DNA of 64,000 nucleotides from Myxococcota bacterium (lineage in GTDB: Bacteria; Myxococcota_A; SURF-8), in NCBI GenBank assembly GCA_965140415.1, contig OZ223209.1:1216001-1280000 (forward strand), read 5' to 3'. Below are positions 19,864 to 28,461 of the stretch, piece by piece; position 1 is the first letter of the stretch, and each line of letters opens with the position of its first letter. The translations under genes and the position numbers were made by a program. The notes below the pieces were generated by a model. It worked only from the letters and a program-made list of their open reading frames with translations. It was not told where the DNA came from and searched no databases.

Positions 19864-21303
19864 CTACTCCATTTCGCTGAGCAGTTGTTCCAGGCTGCGG
19901 CCCTTTTCCTGCTCTTCCTGTTCGTATTCTTTCAGTTTGTACTGGATTTTGCGCGGGCTGATTTTCAGAACCTCGCTGGTCCGCTTGGTGGATTTACCCA
20001 TGGCCAGCCAGGTCTTAAGTAGTGCTTCCTGTTCGATTTCCTTGAGTGAGCGACCGACGATCATGCCGGTATTGCTAACGGATTCGCTCTCTTTGTGCAA
20101 GGTCGGCATGTGTTTGGGTAGGATGGTATTGCCGCGCGTCATGATGACCGCTCGTTCGATCACGTTTTCCAATTCGCGAACGTTGCCCGGCCAGTCGTAG
20201 CTCAGCGCCGTCGTCAAGACGTCGTCGTCCATGTCCTGCACTTCTTTTTTGTTCTTTTCCGCATACTTACGGATGAAGTGCTCGATCAGTAACGGGATAT
20301 CCGAGCGCCGCTCACGCAGGGGCGGCAGGTTGATCGGGATGACATTCAGGCGGTAATACAAATCCTCGCGGAAATGTCCCAGCGCGACTTCCTTGTCCAG
20401 CGGACGGTTGGTGGCGGCGATGACGCGGACATCGACCTTGATGGTTTTAGTGCCGCCGACGCGTTCGAATTCGCGCTCCTGTAAAAAGCGCAGAATCTTG
20501 ACCTGGGTGACTTCCGGCATCACGTTGACGTCATCCAAAAACAGGGTGCCGCCGTGCGCCAGTTCGAAGCGTCCTTCCCTGCGACTGAATGCGCCGGTAA
20601 ACGAACCTTTTTCGTGTCCGAAGAGTTCGCTTTCCAATAGCGTTTCGGTAAAGACCGCGCAGTTGACCTTGACGAAGGGACCGTCGGAGCGGGTGGAATT
20701 GCGGTGAATCGCTTCGCCGATCAATTCTTTTCCGGTGCCGGATTCACCGTAGATCAGCACATTGGCAGTGGAGGGCGCGACCTGCTCGATGATTTTGTAT
20801 ATTTCCTGCATATGTGGATGATTACCCACGAGCCGCTCGAACTTCTTGGTGGCTTTGAGTTGCTCGCGCAAATATTGCGTTTCCTCCAGCAGCTGCATTT
20901 TTTCAAAGGCGCGTTTGACGATCAGTTCCAGCTCATCCAGGTTCACCGGTTTGGTCAGATAGCTTTCCGCACCCAGGCTCATGGCATGCACCGCTTCCTT
21001 GATGGTACCATAGGCTGTGAAGAGCACGATCTGAATTGAAGGTCGGATTTCCTTAATCTTTCCAAGTAGTTCAATTCCGGACATTCCTTCCAGGCGAATG
21101 TCGGAAATCACGACGGAGGGTAGATGTTCCAATACGAGTTTCAAGGCATGTTCCGCACGCGCGGCTTCGAACACTTCGTAGCCGACATCGCGCAGATAAT
21201 ACGCAATGGTCGTTCGCGCGGAGGGCTCGTCATCTACCACGACGATGCGCTTGGTGATAAATTGGCGACTATCCAACCCGTCGGTCATGTCATTGTTTTC
21301 CAT
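19864..21303 (-). CDS. Sigma-54-dependent response regulator (NtrC/AtoC family enhancer-binding protein)
   Basis: REC domain (VVDDE, SDIRL, KP); GESGTGKE; ESELFGHEKGSFTGA; WPGNVRELEN; C-terminal HTH. Confidence 0.95.
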   Translation of the reverse strand: MENNDMTDGLDSRQFITKRIVVVDDEPSARTTIAYYLRDVGYEVFEAARAEHALKLVLEHLPSVVISDIRLEGMSGIELLGKIKEIRPSIQIVLFTAYGTIKEAVHAMSLGAESYLTKPVNLDELELIVKRAFEKMQLLEETQYLREQLKATKKFERLVGNHPHMQEIYKIIEQVAPSTANVLIYGESGTGKELIGEAIHRNSTRSDGPFVKVNCAVFTETLLESELFGHEKGSFTGAFSRREGRFELAHGGTLFLDDVNVMPEVTQVKILRFLQEREFERVGGTKTIKVDVRVIAATNRPLDKEVALGHFREDLYYRLNVIPINLPPLRERRSDIPLLIEHFIRKYAEKNKKEVQDMDDDVLTTALSYDWPGNVRELENVIERAVIMTRGNTILPKHMPTLHKESESVSNTGMIVGRSLKEIEQEALLKTWLAMGKSTKRTSEVLKISPRKIQYKLKEYEQEEQEKGRSLEQLLSEME

Positions 21304-21562
21304 AAGGCAATCCTAGTGATTTCAAGCAACTACAACCTATCATAGCCGGGAAGCAATCAAAGTGCAAGAAGAAAAAGAAGCTGATGCGAAAAAATTGCAC
21401 TGACATCTTCGTAGGCGCAATCCTTGCGTGTGTATTGTGCGCATCCAAGGTTTTCATTCTGCGAAAAATGAACGTGCAGTCAGTTTTTTGAGTGCTGTAT
21501 CCTGCTGTATTCATAAGGGAAATTCTAATATTAAGATCATTTAATACGGAAATCTGCATGGT

Positions 21563-21577
21563 TGGCACGGCGTTTGC
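21563..21577 (+). promoter_or_regulatory. Sigma-54 (-24/-12) promoter
   Basis: TGGCAC-GGCGT-TTGC exactly matches TGGCAC-N5-TTGC; divergent from the sigma-54 activator gene. Confidence 0.85.
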
Positions 21578-21588
21578 GTATAAATATG

Positions 21589-21820
21589 GGCGTCTGTACC
21601 GCAATGTTCATTGAACCATTTGCCTTTAGTTTGAATCCTTCGGTTGCCCCTACCGTTGGATTCTGCGGCGTTCCTGCAGTATGTAGTATGGAAGGGAACG
21701 TTGCAAGCAGATTCAACGTGCCCCCAATGTGTTGAATCTGTGTAGTACCGTAGCTCAATTAGTAATGTAGTAGACGAGCTGCGAAATTGGCGAGAGGCCT
21801 CCCCCAACTCTCGCCTTTTT
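21589..21820 (+). ncRNA. Candidate sigma-54-dependent small RNA (~230 nt, five hairpins)
   Basis: Lies between the sigma-54 promoter and a terminator, no + strand ORF of 60 aa or more in the track; repeated CCCC loops and TGTAGTA motifs; 5' end estimated from the promoter. Confidence 0.65.
21789..21820 (+). terminator. Rho-independent terminator
   Basis: GGCGAGAG-N11-CTCTCGCC-TTTTT. Confidence 0.85.
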
Positions 21821-21846
21821 CATTTTATGCCTATGATTTTTCATCT

Positions 21847-21938
21847 GTAGGATGGGCATTTGCCATGCCCATCTTTTCCGAGGTGATGGACAAAACAATT
21901 GCCTTCCGTTAGAGCCGGGCTCCCGTCCTGCTCTATAC
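21847..21938. repeat. REP-like cluster
   Basis: GTAGGATGGGCATTTGCCATGCCCATC, a degenerate inverted copy at ~21882, and TAGAGCCGGGCTCCCGTCCTGCTCTA. Confidence 0.7.
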
Positions 21939-22181
21939 GTTTTGTCTTAGTGTTCGGGACAGGAGTCTCGCCTGGAAGCCGATGGTTCAAGACAGGAGCC
22001 TAGAACCATCCAAAAAGACTTTCCAGAATTGAAATGCTCATCCCAGCGGGGCTTGTCAAGCCCTGACAAAGCAGTTATACTGGGTTATGGAAGCGCTTAT
22101 TTATGTGTGCTGACTCTCGTAACCTCCGTTGCCGCTAGGCGTTTCGCGTATCGGCGTCGGGCCAGGAGAAAGGAGACCGTC

Positions 22182-22577
22182 ATGCAATGGGTGTACCGAT
22201 GTCCGTTCTGCCAGGCACATTTGAACCCCAGCGGGGAACGGGTGGTGCTGCTGGCGGATTGCGAACTGGGTCGGGGCTTGTTCCTTTTCGACGATGAGCC
22301 CGGCAACTACGAATTGACGCTCCCTCTGGATGTCGAGGTTCAACAGGGGCAGGTGTGGGAGTTTCTTTGTCCCGTCTGTCGCAAGAACCTGACCAGCAAG
22401 GCCGATGCCAATATCGCCATGATTCGCCTGACCGACGAGCACCAGGAGGACCACGCGGTCTTTTTTTCCAAGATCGCAGGAGAACGCTGCACCTTCGTCG
22501 TAACGGCGAAGGGCGTGCAGGTTTTCGGTCCCGAAGCGGCGATGTACGAACACCTGCTCTGGAACAAATTCTTCTAG
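22182..22577 (+). CDS. Hypothetical protein with two CxxC motifs (zinc-ribbon-like)
   Basis: AGGAG RBS; CPFC and CPVC. Confidence 0.8.
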   Translation: MQWVYRCPFCQAHLNPSGERVVLLADCELGRGLFLFDDEPGNYELTLPLDVEVQQGQVWEFLCPVCRKNLTSKADANIAMIRLTDEHQEDHAVFFSKIAGERCTFVVTAKGVQVFGPEAAMYEHLLWNKFF

Positions 22578-22923
22578 GTAACGGGCGGCCATCCTTTTAT
22601 AAGGGGTGAGACAATATCCCTGCGCTTGCTTGTTTCCCCTGTTTGCAATTCAGATTTACGTTTGTGTAAATTTGCTTCTCCGCTACAATGCGTTTAGAGA
22701 TTTTCTTACATTGTGAAGCGGAGCCGAAGATGGGATTCAAGTGGTAGCAGTAGGGTGGTTTTCACTCGACATTTATTTAAACAATAGAAAATTCTTGGAA
22801 TTAGGGGGGAGGGGAGATTATGTTGATCATCGGAATGTGGTATTAACATTTACATGTTCGGATCGTTTCCACGGTTCAATCTTGCTTGTAAGAGTGCTTA
22901 TTTGACGAATTGCGGAGGATACA

Positions 22924-23625
22924 ATGACAAGAGACCGATCGAAGTTCTGGATGGTCTTGGGCGTTGTGGTGTTGATCATGAGTTCGGCGGCGTCCAGCCA
23001 GGGCGAAGTAAAAAGCGCTCTTGGTGAAAGTTGTGTGAGCACAGCGGACTGCATAAGCGGGTTAGTTTGCGCCAATTCAAAATGCGTGGGCAAACTTGAT
23101 GCTGCGAAAAGCTGCGCAAGAACGGCGGACTGCCCGAGGGGCTTGCGATGCATCGACAACAAGTGCATTGCTAAGCAAATATATGGCGCTTGGGTCGACC
23201 CCGTAAGCGGCCTGACCTGGCAGAATCCACCAGCGCAAAAGATGTATGATTGGAAGGATGCTAAAGCTTACTGTTCCCACCTGGAGCTTGGTGGCTATAG
23301 TGACTGGCGGTTGCCTACGATCAGCGAACTTCGGTCCTTGATTCGCCGATGTTCAGCCAATCAGACGGGTGGTAGTTGCAGAGTGACTGATACATGCCTT
23401 TCAAGTAATTTGTGTGACGAAAACTGTCACGCATGTGAAGCTAAAGAGGAACGCTATTACTGGCCGGACGAGATGGAAAAAGCAGGGAATGATACATGGC
23501 AGTTTTTTTGGTCGTCGTCGCCCGTCGAGGACCGCGTCTACAACGTGTGGCTCGTCGGCTTCATCGGCGGCATCGTGTACAACGGCAGCGTCGACGACCC
23601 CAGCAGCGTTCGGTGTGTGAGGTAG
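22924..23625 (+). CDS. Secreted DUF1566 (Lcl-C/C-lectin-like fold) protein with two Cys-rich repeats
   Basis: Signal peptide; C-x4-DC-x2-GL-C-x4-C twice; DPVSGLTWQ, W..A..YC..L..GGYSDWRLPTISEL, FWSSS, VRCVR. Confidence 0.88.
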   Translation: MTRDRSKFWMVLGVVVLIMSSAASSQGEVKSALGESCVSTADCISGLVCANSKCVGKLDAAKSCARTADCPRGLRCIDNKCIAKQIYGAWVDPVSGLTWQNPPAQKMYDWKDAKAYCSHLELGGYSDWRLPTISELRSLIRRCSANQTGGSCRVTDTCLSSNLCDENCHACEAKEERYYWPDEMEKAGNDTWQFFWSSSPVEDRVYNVWLVGFIGGIVYNGSVDDPSSVRCVR

Positions 23626-23673
23626 TGGCGTAGTCGTAGGTAGGTTACTTTTCACCCGACATTAATTTGGATA

Positions 23674-23817
23674 GTCGGCTCCACTGGAGCCGACCTCCTC
23701 GTTGGAGCATTGACTCCTGCCATGCTCCACAGGTTTTGGTCGGGTCTTCTGACCCGACACTTGAGAGCTTTGAACCATCAAACGTCGAGTGATGGGCAAA
23801 GCAATTGCCCCTCCTAC
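23674..23817. repeat. Cluster of palindromes/REP-like elements
   Basis: GTCGGCTCCACTGGAGCCGAC; GTTGGAGCA...TGCTCCAC; GTCGGGTCTTCTGACCCGAC; GATGGGCAAAGCAATTGCCCCTCCTAC. Confidence 0.7.
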
Positions 23818-23931
23818 CTAAATTACCCCTTCCAAACTCAGAAAAACCTTGGCCCAACTCCACCCAAGTATGTATAATCACGCCATTCATTTTCGTACCA
23901 CAGCTCGATGACGAATGCAGGAGGAGGCGGC

Positions 23932-25266
23932 ATGGCGACGCAACCCGATCGTGGGCATTGGGGAAGTAAACTGGGATTCGTTCTGGCGGCAGCCGGTTCC
24001 GCCGTAGGTTTGGGAAATATCTGGCGATTTCCATACGTTACCCAGGAAAACGGCGGTGGCGCGTTCGTACTCTTTTACATTCTGGCCATTCTGGTGATCG
24101 GCCTGCCGGTCATGCTAGGCGAATTGACGATCGGTCGCCATAGTCAGAAGAACCCGGTCGGTGCCTATCGCAAGATCGCTCCCAGATGGTCCTTCGTCGG
24201 CGTGTTGGGCGTGGTGACCGGTATTGCGATTCTCTCCTATTATTCCGTAGTTGCAGGTTGGACGCTGGGCTATGTCATCAAGTCCATCGGCGGCGATCTG
24301 GACCCGGCAGCTTTTGGCGGCTTTATCGGTAACGCCCCGTTACAAATTGGCTATCTACTTGTATTCATTACTGTTACCGGGTTCGTAGTTGCACTGGGCG
24401 TGCAGAAGGGCATCGAAAACATGGCCCGCGTGTTGATGCCGCTATTGGTGCTGTTGATGCTTGGCCTGATCGTTCGCGGCTTGATGCAGCCTACCGCCAT
24501 GGACGGGCTGGAATTCTTTCTGCTCCCCAATTTCAGTGCAGTAAGTGGAAAAACCGTATTGTACGCCGTGGGGCAGGCCTTCTTTTCGCTGTCATTGGGT
24601 ATGGGTGTGATGATCACCTACGGTGGTTACATCGAAAAGAAAGACAACCTTGTAACCAGCGCCATTGCCGTGGTCGGCTTCGATACGCTGATCGCCATCA
24701 TGGCCGGTTTTCTGATCTTCCCGCTGATCGGGCATGGCCTGGCTAAAGGCGGGCCGACACTGGTGTTTATCACCATGATCGAGCAATTCAACCAGATGAC
24801 CGGCGGGCGCTGGGTGGCGTTATTGTTCTTCTTCATGCTTGCCGTTGCCGCATTGACGAGCACCGTTTCGCTTTTAGAGGTCGTAACCTCCTATTTCGTG
24901 GACGAATGGAAGCTGACCCGGCGCAAGTCGGTGGTGATCGTGGTGGCCATTTCGGTGGCGCTGGGCATTCCTTCCGCCTTGTCGTTAGGAGCGGTGCCGG
25001 GACTGAGTAACGTGGTGGGCGGTATGGGATTTCTGGATCTGATGGACTTCCTGTTCGGGAACCTCTCGCTTTCTATCGGGGCGTTTTTAATGTGTATTTT
25101 CCTGGTGTATCGTTGGGGAATCCAGAACGCCGCCCAGGAAATACTGGGCAGCGCGCCGGGATTCGCCCCTTATGTAAAAGGTTGGCGAGCATTAATGGGT
25201 GGCATCGTTCCGCTGGCGATTCTGGCCCTGATTCTGTACATGATCGTTACCGGTGGCAGCCTGTAA
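23932..25266 (+). CDS. Sodium-dependent transporter (NSS/SNF family)
   Basis: WGSKLGFVLAAAGSAVGLGNIWRFPY, GQAFFSLSLG, AALTS. Confidence 0.95.
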   Translation: MATQPDRGHWGSKLGFVLAAAGSAVGLGNIWRFPYVTQENGGGAFVLFYILAILVIGLPVMLGELTIGRHSQKNPVGAYRKIAPRWSFVGVLGVVTGIAILSYYSVVAGWTLGYVIKSIGGDLDPAAFGGFIGNAPLQIGYLLVFITVTGFVVALGVQKGIENMARVLMPLLVLLMLGLIVRGLMQPTAMDGLEFFLLPNFSAVSGKTVLYAVGQAFFSLSLGMGVMITYGGYIEKKDNLVTSAIAVVGFDTLIAIMAGFLIFPLIGHGLAKGGPTLVFITMIEQFNQMTGGRWVALLFFFMLAVAALTSTVSLLEVVTSYFVDEWKLTRRKSVVIVVAISVALGIPSALSLGAVPGLSNVVGGMGFLDLMDFLFGNLSLSIGAFLMCIFLVYRWGIQNAAQEILGSAPGFAPYVKGWRALMGGIVPLAILALILYMIVTGGSL

Positions 25267-25412
25267 GGCGAGTAAGTCCGGCGTTGTGAGCCCTGGAATC
25301 CAAGCTTGGAAATGGACGTGCTTTTCGACCGTTTTTGCTTGACAATCTTCTGAAATCATGGTTGACTCACGCGCCTTTGAGTGAGACAAGTTTTTAATGA
25401 TCGAGGTGACAC

Positions 25413-25562
25413 GTGAAACCGACATATAATCCTCATAATAAACGACGGCTAAGAACTCATGGTTTCCGCCTGCGCATGTCGACTGCCAATGGCCGCAAGG
25501 TGCTGGCTCGTCGTCGCGCGAAAGGCCGCAAGCTGCTGAGCGTTACGATCGGGAAGAAATAA
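25413..25562 (+). CDS. rpmH: 50S ribosomal protein L34 (not in the ORF track)
   Basis: GTG start after [48 protein letters not shown]... Confidence 0.96.
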   Translation: MKPTYNPHNKRRLRTHGFRLRMSTANGRKVLARRRAKGRKLLSVTIGKK

Positions 25563-25574
25563 CCGCCGAACGGA

Positions 25575-25949
25575 ATGACTTTACACGGTTTTCCACGCTG
25601 CCGTCGTATTCTGAAGAGCTGGCATTTTCGCCTGCTCCAGAGTGAAGGCGAGCGGCTGGTGACCCGGCGAATGGTGTTTTTGGTACGTCCGAATGATGTA
25701 GGCTACTCCCGCTTGGGGCAGATCGTCAGTCGTAAAGTAGGAAACGCCGTGGTTCGAAATCGGGTGCGACGGGTCGTGCGCGAAGTGTTTCGCCTGCACG
25801 ATGACTTGGCGTTGCGTCCGCTGGATATCGTCGTCATTCCCCGTCCGGCCCTCAATAAACCTGCTTCCTTTCACGACGTGGCAGAGGAATTTTCCCGTTT
25901 TCTCGATCGATACGATCGCTTGCATAGCGAGAAAGAGGAGGCGCAATGA
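25575..25949 (+). CDS. rnpA: RNase P protein component
   Basis: [21 protein letters not shown]; position after rpmH. Confidence 0.93.
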   Translation: MTLHGFPRCRRILKSWHFRLLQSEGERLVTRRMVFLVRPNDVGYSRLGQIVSRKVGNAVVRNRVRRVVREVFRLHDDLALRPLDIVVIPRPALNKPASFHDVAEEFSRFLDRYDRLHSEKEEAQ

Positions 25950-26200
25950 GCTGGTTGCGCAAAATCGTCCTTTTGCCGGTCCGATTTTACCAGTGGTTCA
26001 TTTCGCCCCTTTTAGGTCCGCATTGCCGGTTTACGCCGACCTGCTCCAACTACGCCATCGAGGCGGTGGAGCGTTACGGCATTATCATCGGTGGACTGAA
26101 AGCCATCACCCGGTTGTTGCGATGCCATCCCCTGTTTCCCGGCGGTTACGATCCGGTAGAAAACGGGTGGCCGCGCGTCGGAAAAGACCGAAAGCGATAG
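25946..26200 (+). CDS. yidD: Membrane protein insertion efficiency factor
   Basis: YQWFISP...[11 protein letters not shown]...RCHP...GGYDPV. Confidence 0.95.
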   Translation: MSWLRKIVLLPVRFYQWFISPLLGPHCRFTPTCSNYAIEAVERYGIIIGGLKAITRLLRCHPLFPGGYDPVENGWPRVGKDRKR

Positions 26201-26209
26201 GAGAGTCTC

Positions 26210-28042
26210 GTGGAACGACGCTTTATTTACGCGCTGTTGCTGTCTCTGGGAGTGCTGTACCTGTGGAACGTGGTAATCAATCCACCGCCTCCTCCGCCTC
26301 CGGTTGAAGAAGGTCAGCCCGCAGCACAAGTCGCCCAGCCCGCTCCCAAGCCCGAAAAAATGGATGCGCCGCTGTTCGACGAGCCCAGCTCCGAGCCTCC
26401 CGCCATGCTGCCCCCGCTGGCCGAAAAGAAAGTGGAACCGGCCCCGGAACAAGATCCGGCCCAAGCCGACGACGCCACTGCCAAGCTGGATGCAGACCCG
26501 CAGGAAGGCAACGCCCCGACGCCGCCCGCTCCGGTCGTTCCCAAAGTGGAGCCGCCCAAAGAGCAGCCGGAACGGTTTATCACGCTTGAAAACGATCTGT
26601 TCAAAGCCGTCTTTTCGTCGCATGGCGCCAAGCTGAAAAGCTGCGAACTGAAAAGCAAGAAATTCAGCGAAGCCATTCCCGATTCCGATGAACGCATGCA
26701 GGTGGATCTGGTGACCACCGATCATGCGGGTCGATTACCTTATGCCTTGCTGCTTGAGCAGGCCAATTTCCAGTATTCACCCGATCAATCCTTTGAAGTC
26801 GCTTCTAAAAGCGCAACGTCCGTGACCTTCCGCAGCAAGACTCCGCAAGGCGTAACTATTGAAAAACGCTTCAGTATGACGGATAAAGACTACCTGCTCG
26901 ACATGAACGTGTCGGTCATCAACGGCGCGGGTGCGGCAGTCAGTTTCTTCCCCAAGGTGCGTCTGGTCGGTTTCCAGGACGATCGTCACGTTCAATCGGG
27001 TATGTTCGGCTCCATGCCGATGAACCTGCAAATTCCCAAGGCCTTTATCAGCGGGGAACTGTGGGAAGAGGAAGATCCCTCCAGCCTGGAACAGTTGCTG
27101 GTGAAAAAGGGCGATATCACCTGGACCGGCATCGACAACCGCTATTTCCTGATGGCCTTGATTCCACCGGAGGGTCAGCGCTCGCAGGTCGACATCAAGA
27201 CCGTGATCAAGCAGGCCAGCGACGAGCAGGGCAAGGAATTCAAGGAAACCTGGCTGGGAATCACCCACAGCCTGGCGAAACAGGAACTTCAGGCGGGGCA
27301 GAACGCATCGCTAGACTACAAGATTTATGTTGGCCCCAAAGGCTACGATCGCCTGCGCGAAACCGGCTATCACCTGGAAGAATCCGTGGATTTCTGGGTG
27401 TTGGGCGTGCTGGCCAAGCCGATGCTCTGGTTCCTGATTGCCAGCCAGTCGGTGGTTGTCAACTGGGGACTGGCCATCATCATCCTGACGGTGGTCGTCA
27501 AACTGCTGCTCTATCCGCTCACGCGCAAATCCTTCCAATCCATGCAGAAAATGAAGGACTTGAAGCCCAAGCTGGACGCCATCAAGGAAAAGGTCGGCGA
27601 CGACAAGCAGGCCTTGAACCAGCAGATGATGGAGTTATATAAACAGGAGGGCGTCAACCCGCTGGGTGGTTGTTTGCCGATGCTGCTGCAAATGCCGGTC
27701 TTTATTGCGCTCTATAAGGTGTTACAGAACTCCGTAGAGTTGTACAACGCCGCCTTCATTCCCGGTTGGCTGGACGATCTGGTTCAGCCGGACCCTTATT
27801 ACATCCTGCCGGTGCTGCTGGGTGTGATGATGTTCGTCCAGCAGAAAATGACGCCTACGCCCGATAGCCAGCAACAGAAAATGATGATGTACATGATGCC
27901 GGCCATGATGTTCTTCTTCATGCTCATGCTGCCCAGCGGCCTGGTGCTTTACATTCTGGCCAATACGGTTGTCAGCCTGGGACAGCAGTGGTGGATCAAC
28001 AAGAAAGCGCAGGAAGAAAAGGCCAAGCAGGCCACGGCGTAA
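26210..28042 (+). CDS. yidC: Membrane protein insertase
   Basis: NWGLAIIILT, NPLGGCLPMLLQMPVF, PSGLVLY; periplasmic domain; synteny. Confidence 0.96.
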   Translation: MERRFIYALLLSLGVLYLWNVVINPPPPPPPVEEGQPAAQVAQPAPKPEKMDAPLFDEPSSEPPAMLPPLAEKKVEPAPEQDPAQADDATAKLDADPQEGNAPTPPAPVVPKVEPPKEQPERFITLENDLFKAVFSSHGAKLKSCELKSKKFSEAIPDSDERMQVDLVTTDHAGRLPYALLLEQANFQYSPDQSFEVASKSATSVTFRSKTPQGVTIEKRFSMTDKDYLLDMNVSVINGAGAAVSFFPKVRLVGFQDDRHVQSGMFGSMPMNLQIPKAFISGELWEEEDPSSLEQLLVKKGDITWTGIDNRYFLMALIPPEGQRSQVDIKTVIKQASDEQGKEFKETWLGITHSLAKQELQAGQNASLDYKIYVGPKGYDRLRETGYHLEESVDFWVLGVLAKPMLWFLIASQSVVVNWGLAIIILTVVVKLLLYPLTRKSFQSMQKMKDLKPKLDAIKEKVGDDKQALNQQMMELYKQEGVNPLGGCLPMLLQMPVFIALYKVLQNSVELYNAAFIPGWLDDLVQPDPYYILPVLLGVMMFVQQKMTPTPDSQQQKMMMYMMPAMMFFFMLMLPSGLVLYILANTVVSLGQQWWINKKAQEEKAKQATA

Positions 28043-28121
28043 AGAGCCGCTTGAAATCCTTGACGAATCAAGGTTGTGCTGCTAGGAAAAGAAGAGATTC
28101 GTTCTTTAAACGTTCAGATAT

Positions 28122-28198
<77 letters not shown>

Positions 28199-28207
28199 GA
28201 AAAAACA

Positions 28208-28243
28208 GCGAGCCGCCCTGCAATACCGGGGTGGCTCGTTTGT
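28208..28243 (+). terminator. Terminator hairpin after tRNA-Arg
   Basis: GCGAGCCGCCC...GGGTGGCTCGT followed by T-rich tail. Confidence 0.65.
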
Positions 28244-28461
28244 GTTTGGAACTTGGAGTAGGTATTACTCATTTCTGTCCATCGAGTAATCACGATGTGC
28301 CATGGTCTCACGGAATGGAGATTCCGGGAGGCCGTGTGTAACTACAAGAAAACACACAACCTTCCACGATCTTCGATCGCGTAAGACTAAGCCACACATT
28401 CTTTAAATTAGTGGCCAAAAATGATTGAGAACCGATATAAATTTGTGGAATCCTGCTCCGT

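Noticed and set aside
20560-20640. GSFTGA instead of GAFTGA in the sigma-54 activator
   Set aside because: Common natural variant that keeps the critical F and T; not evidence of sigma-54 independence
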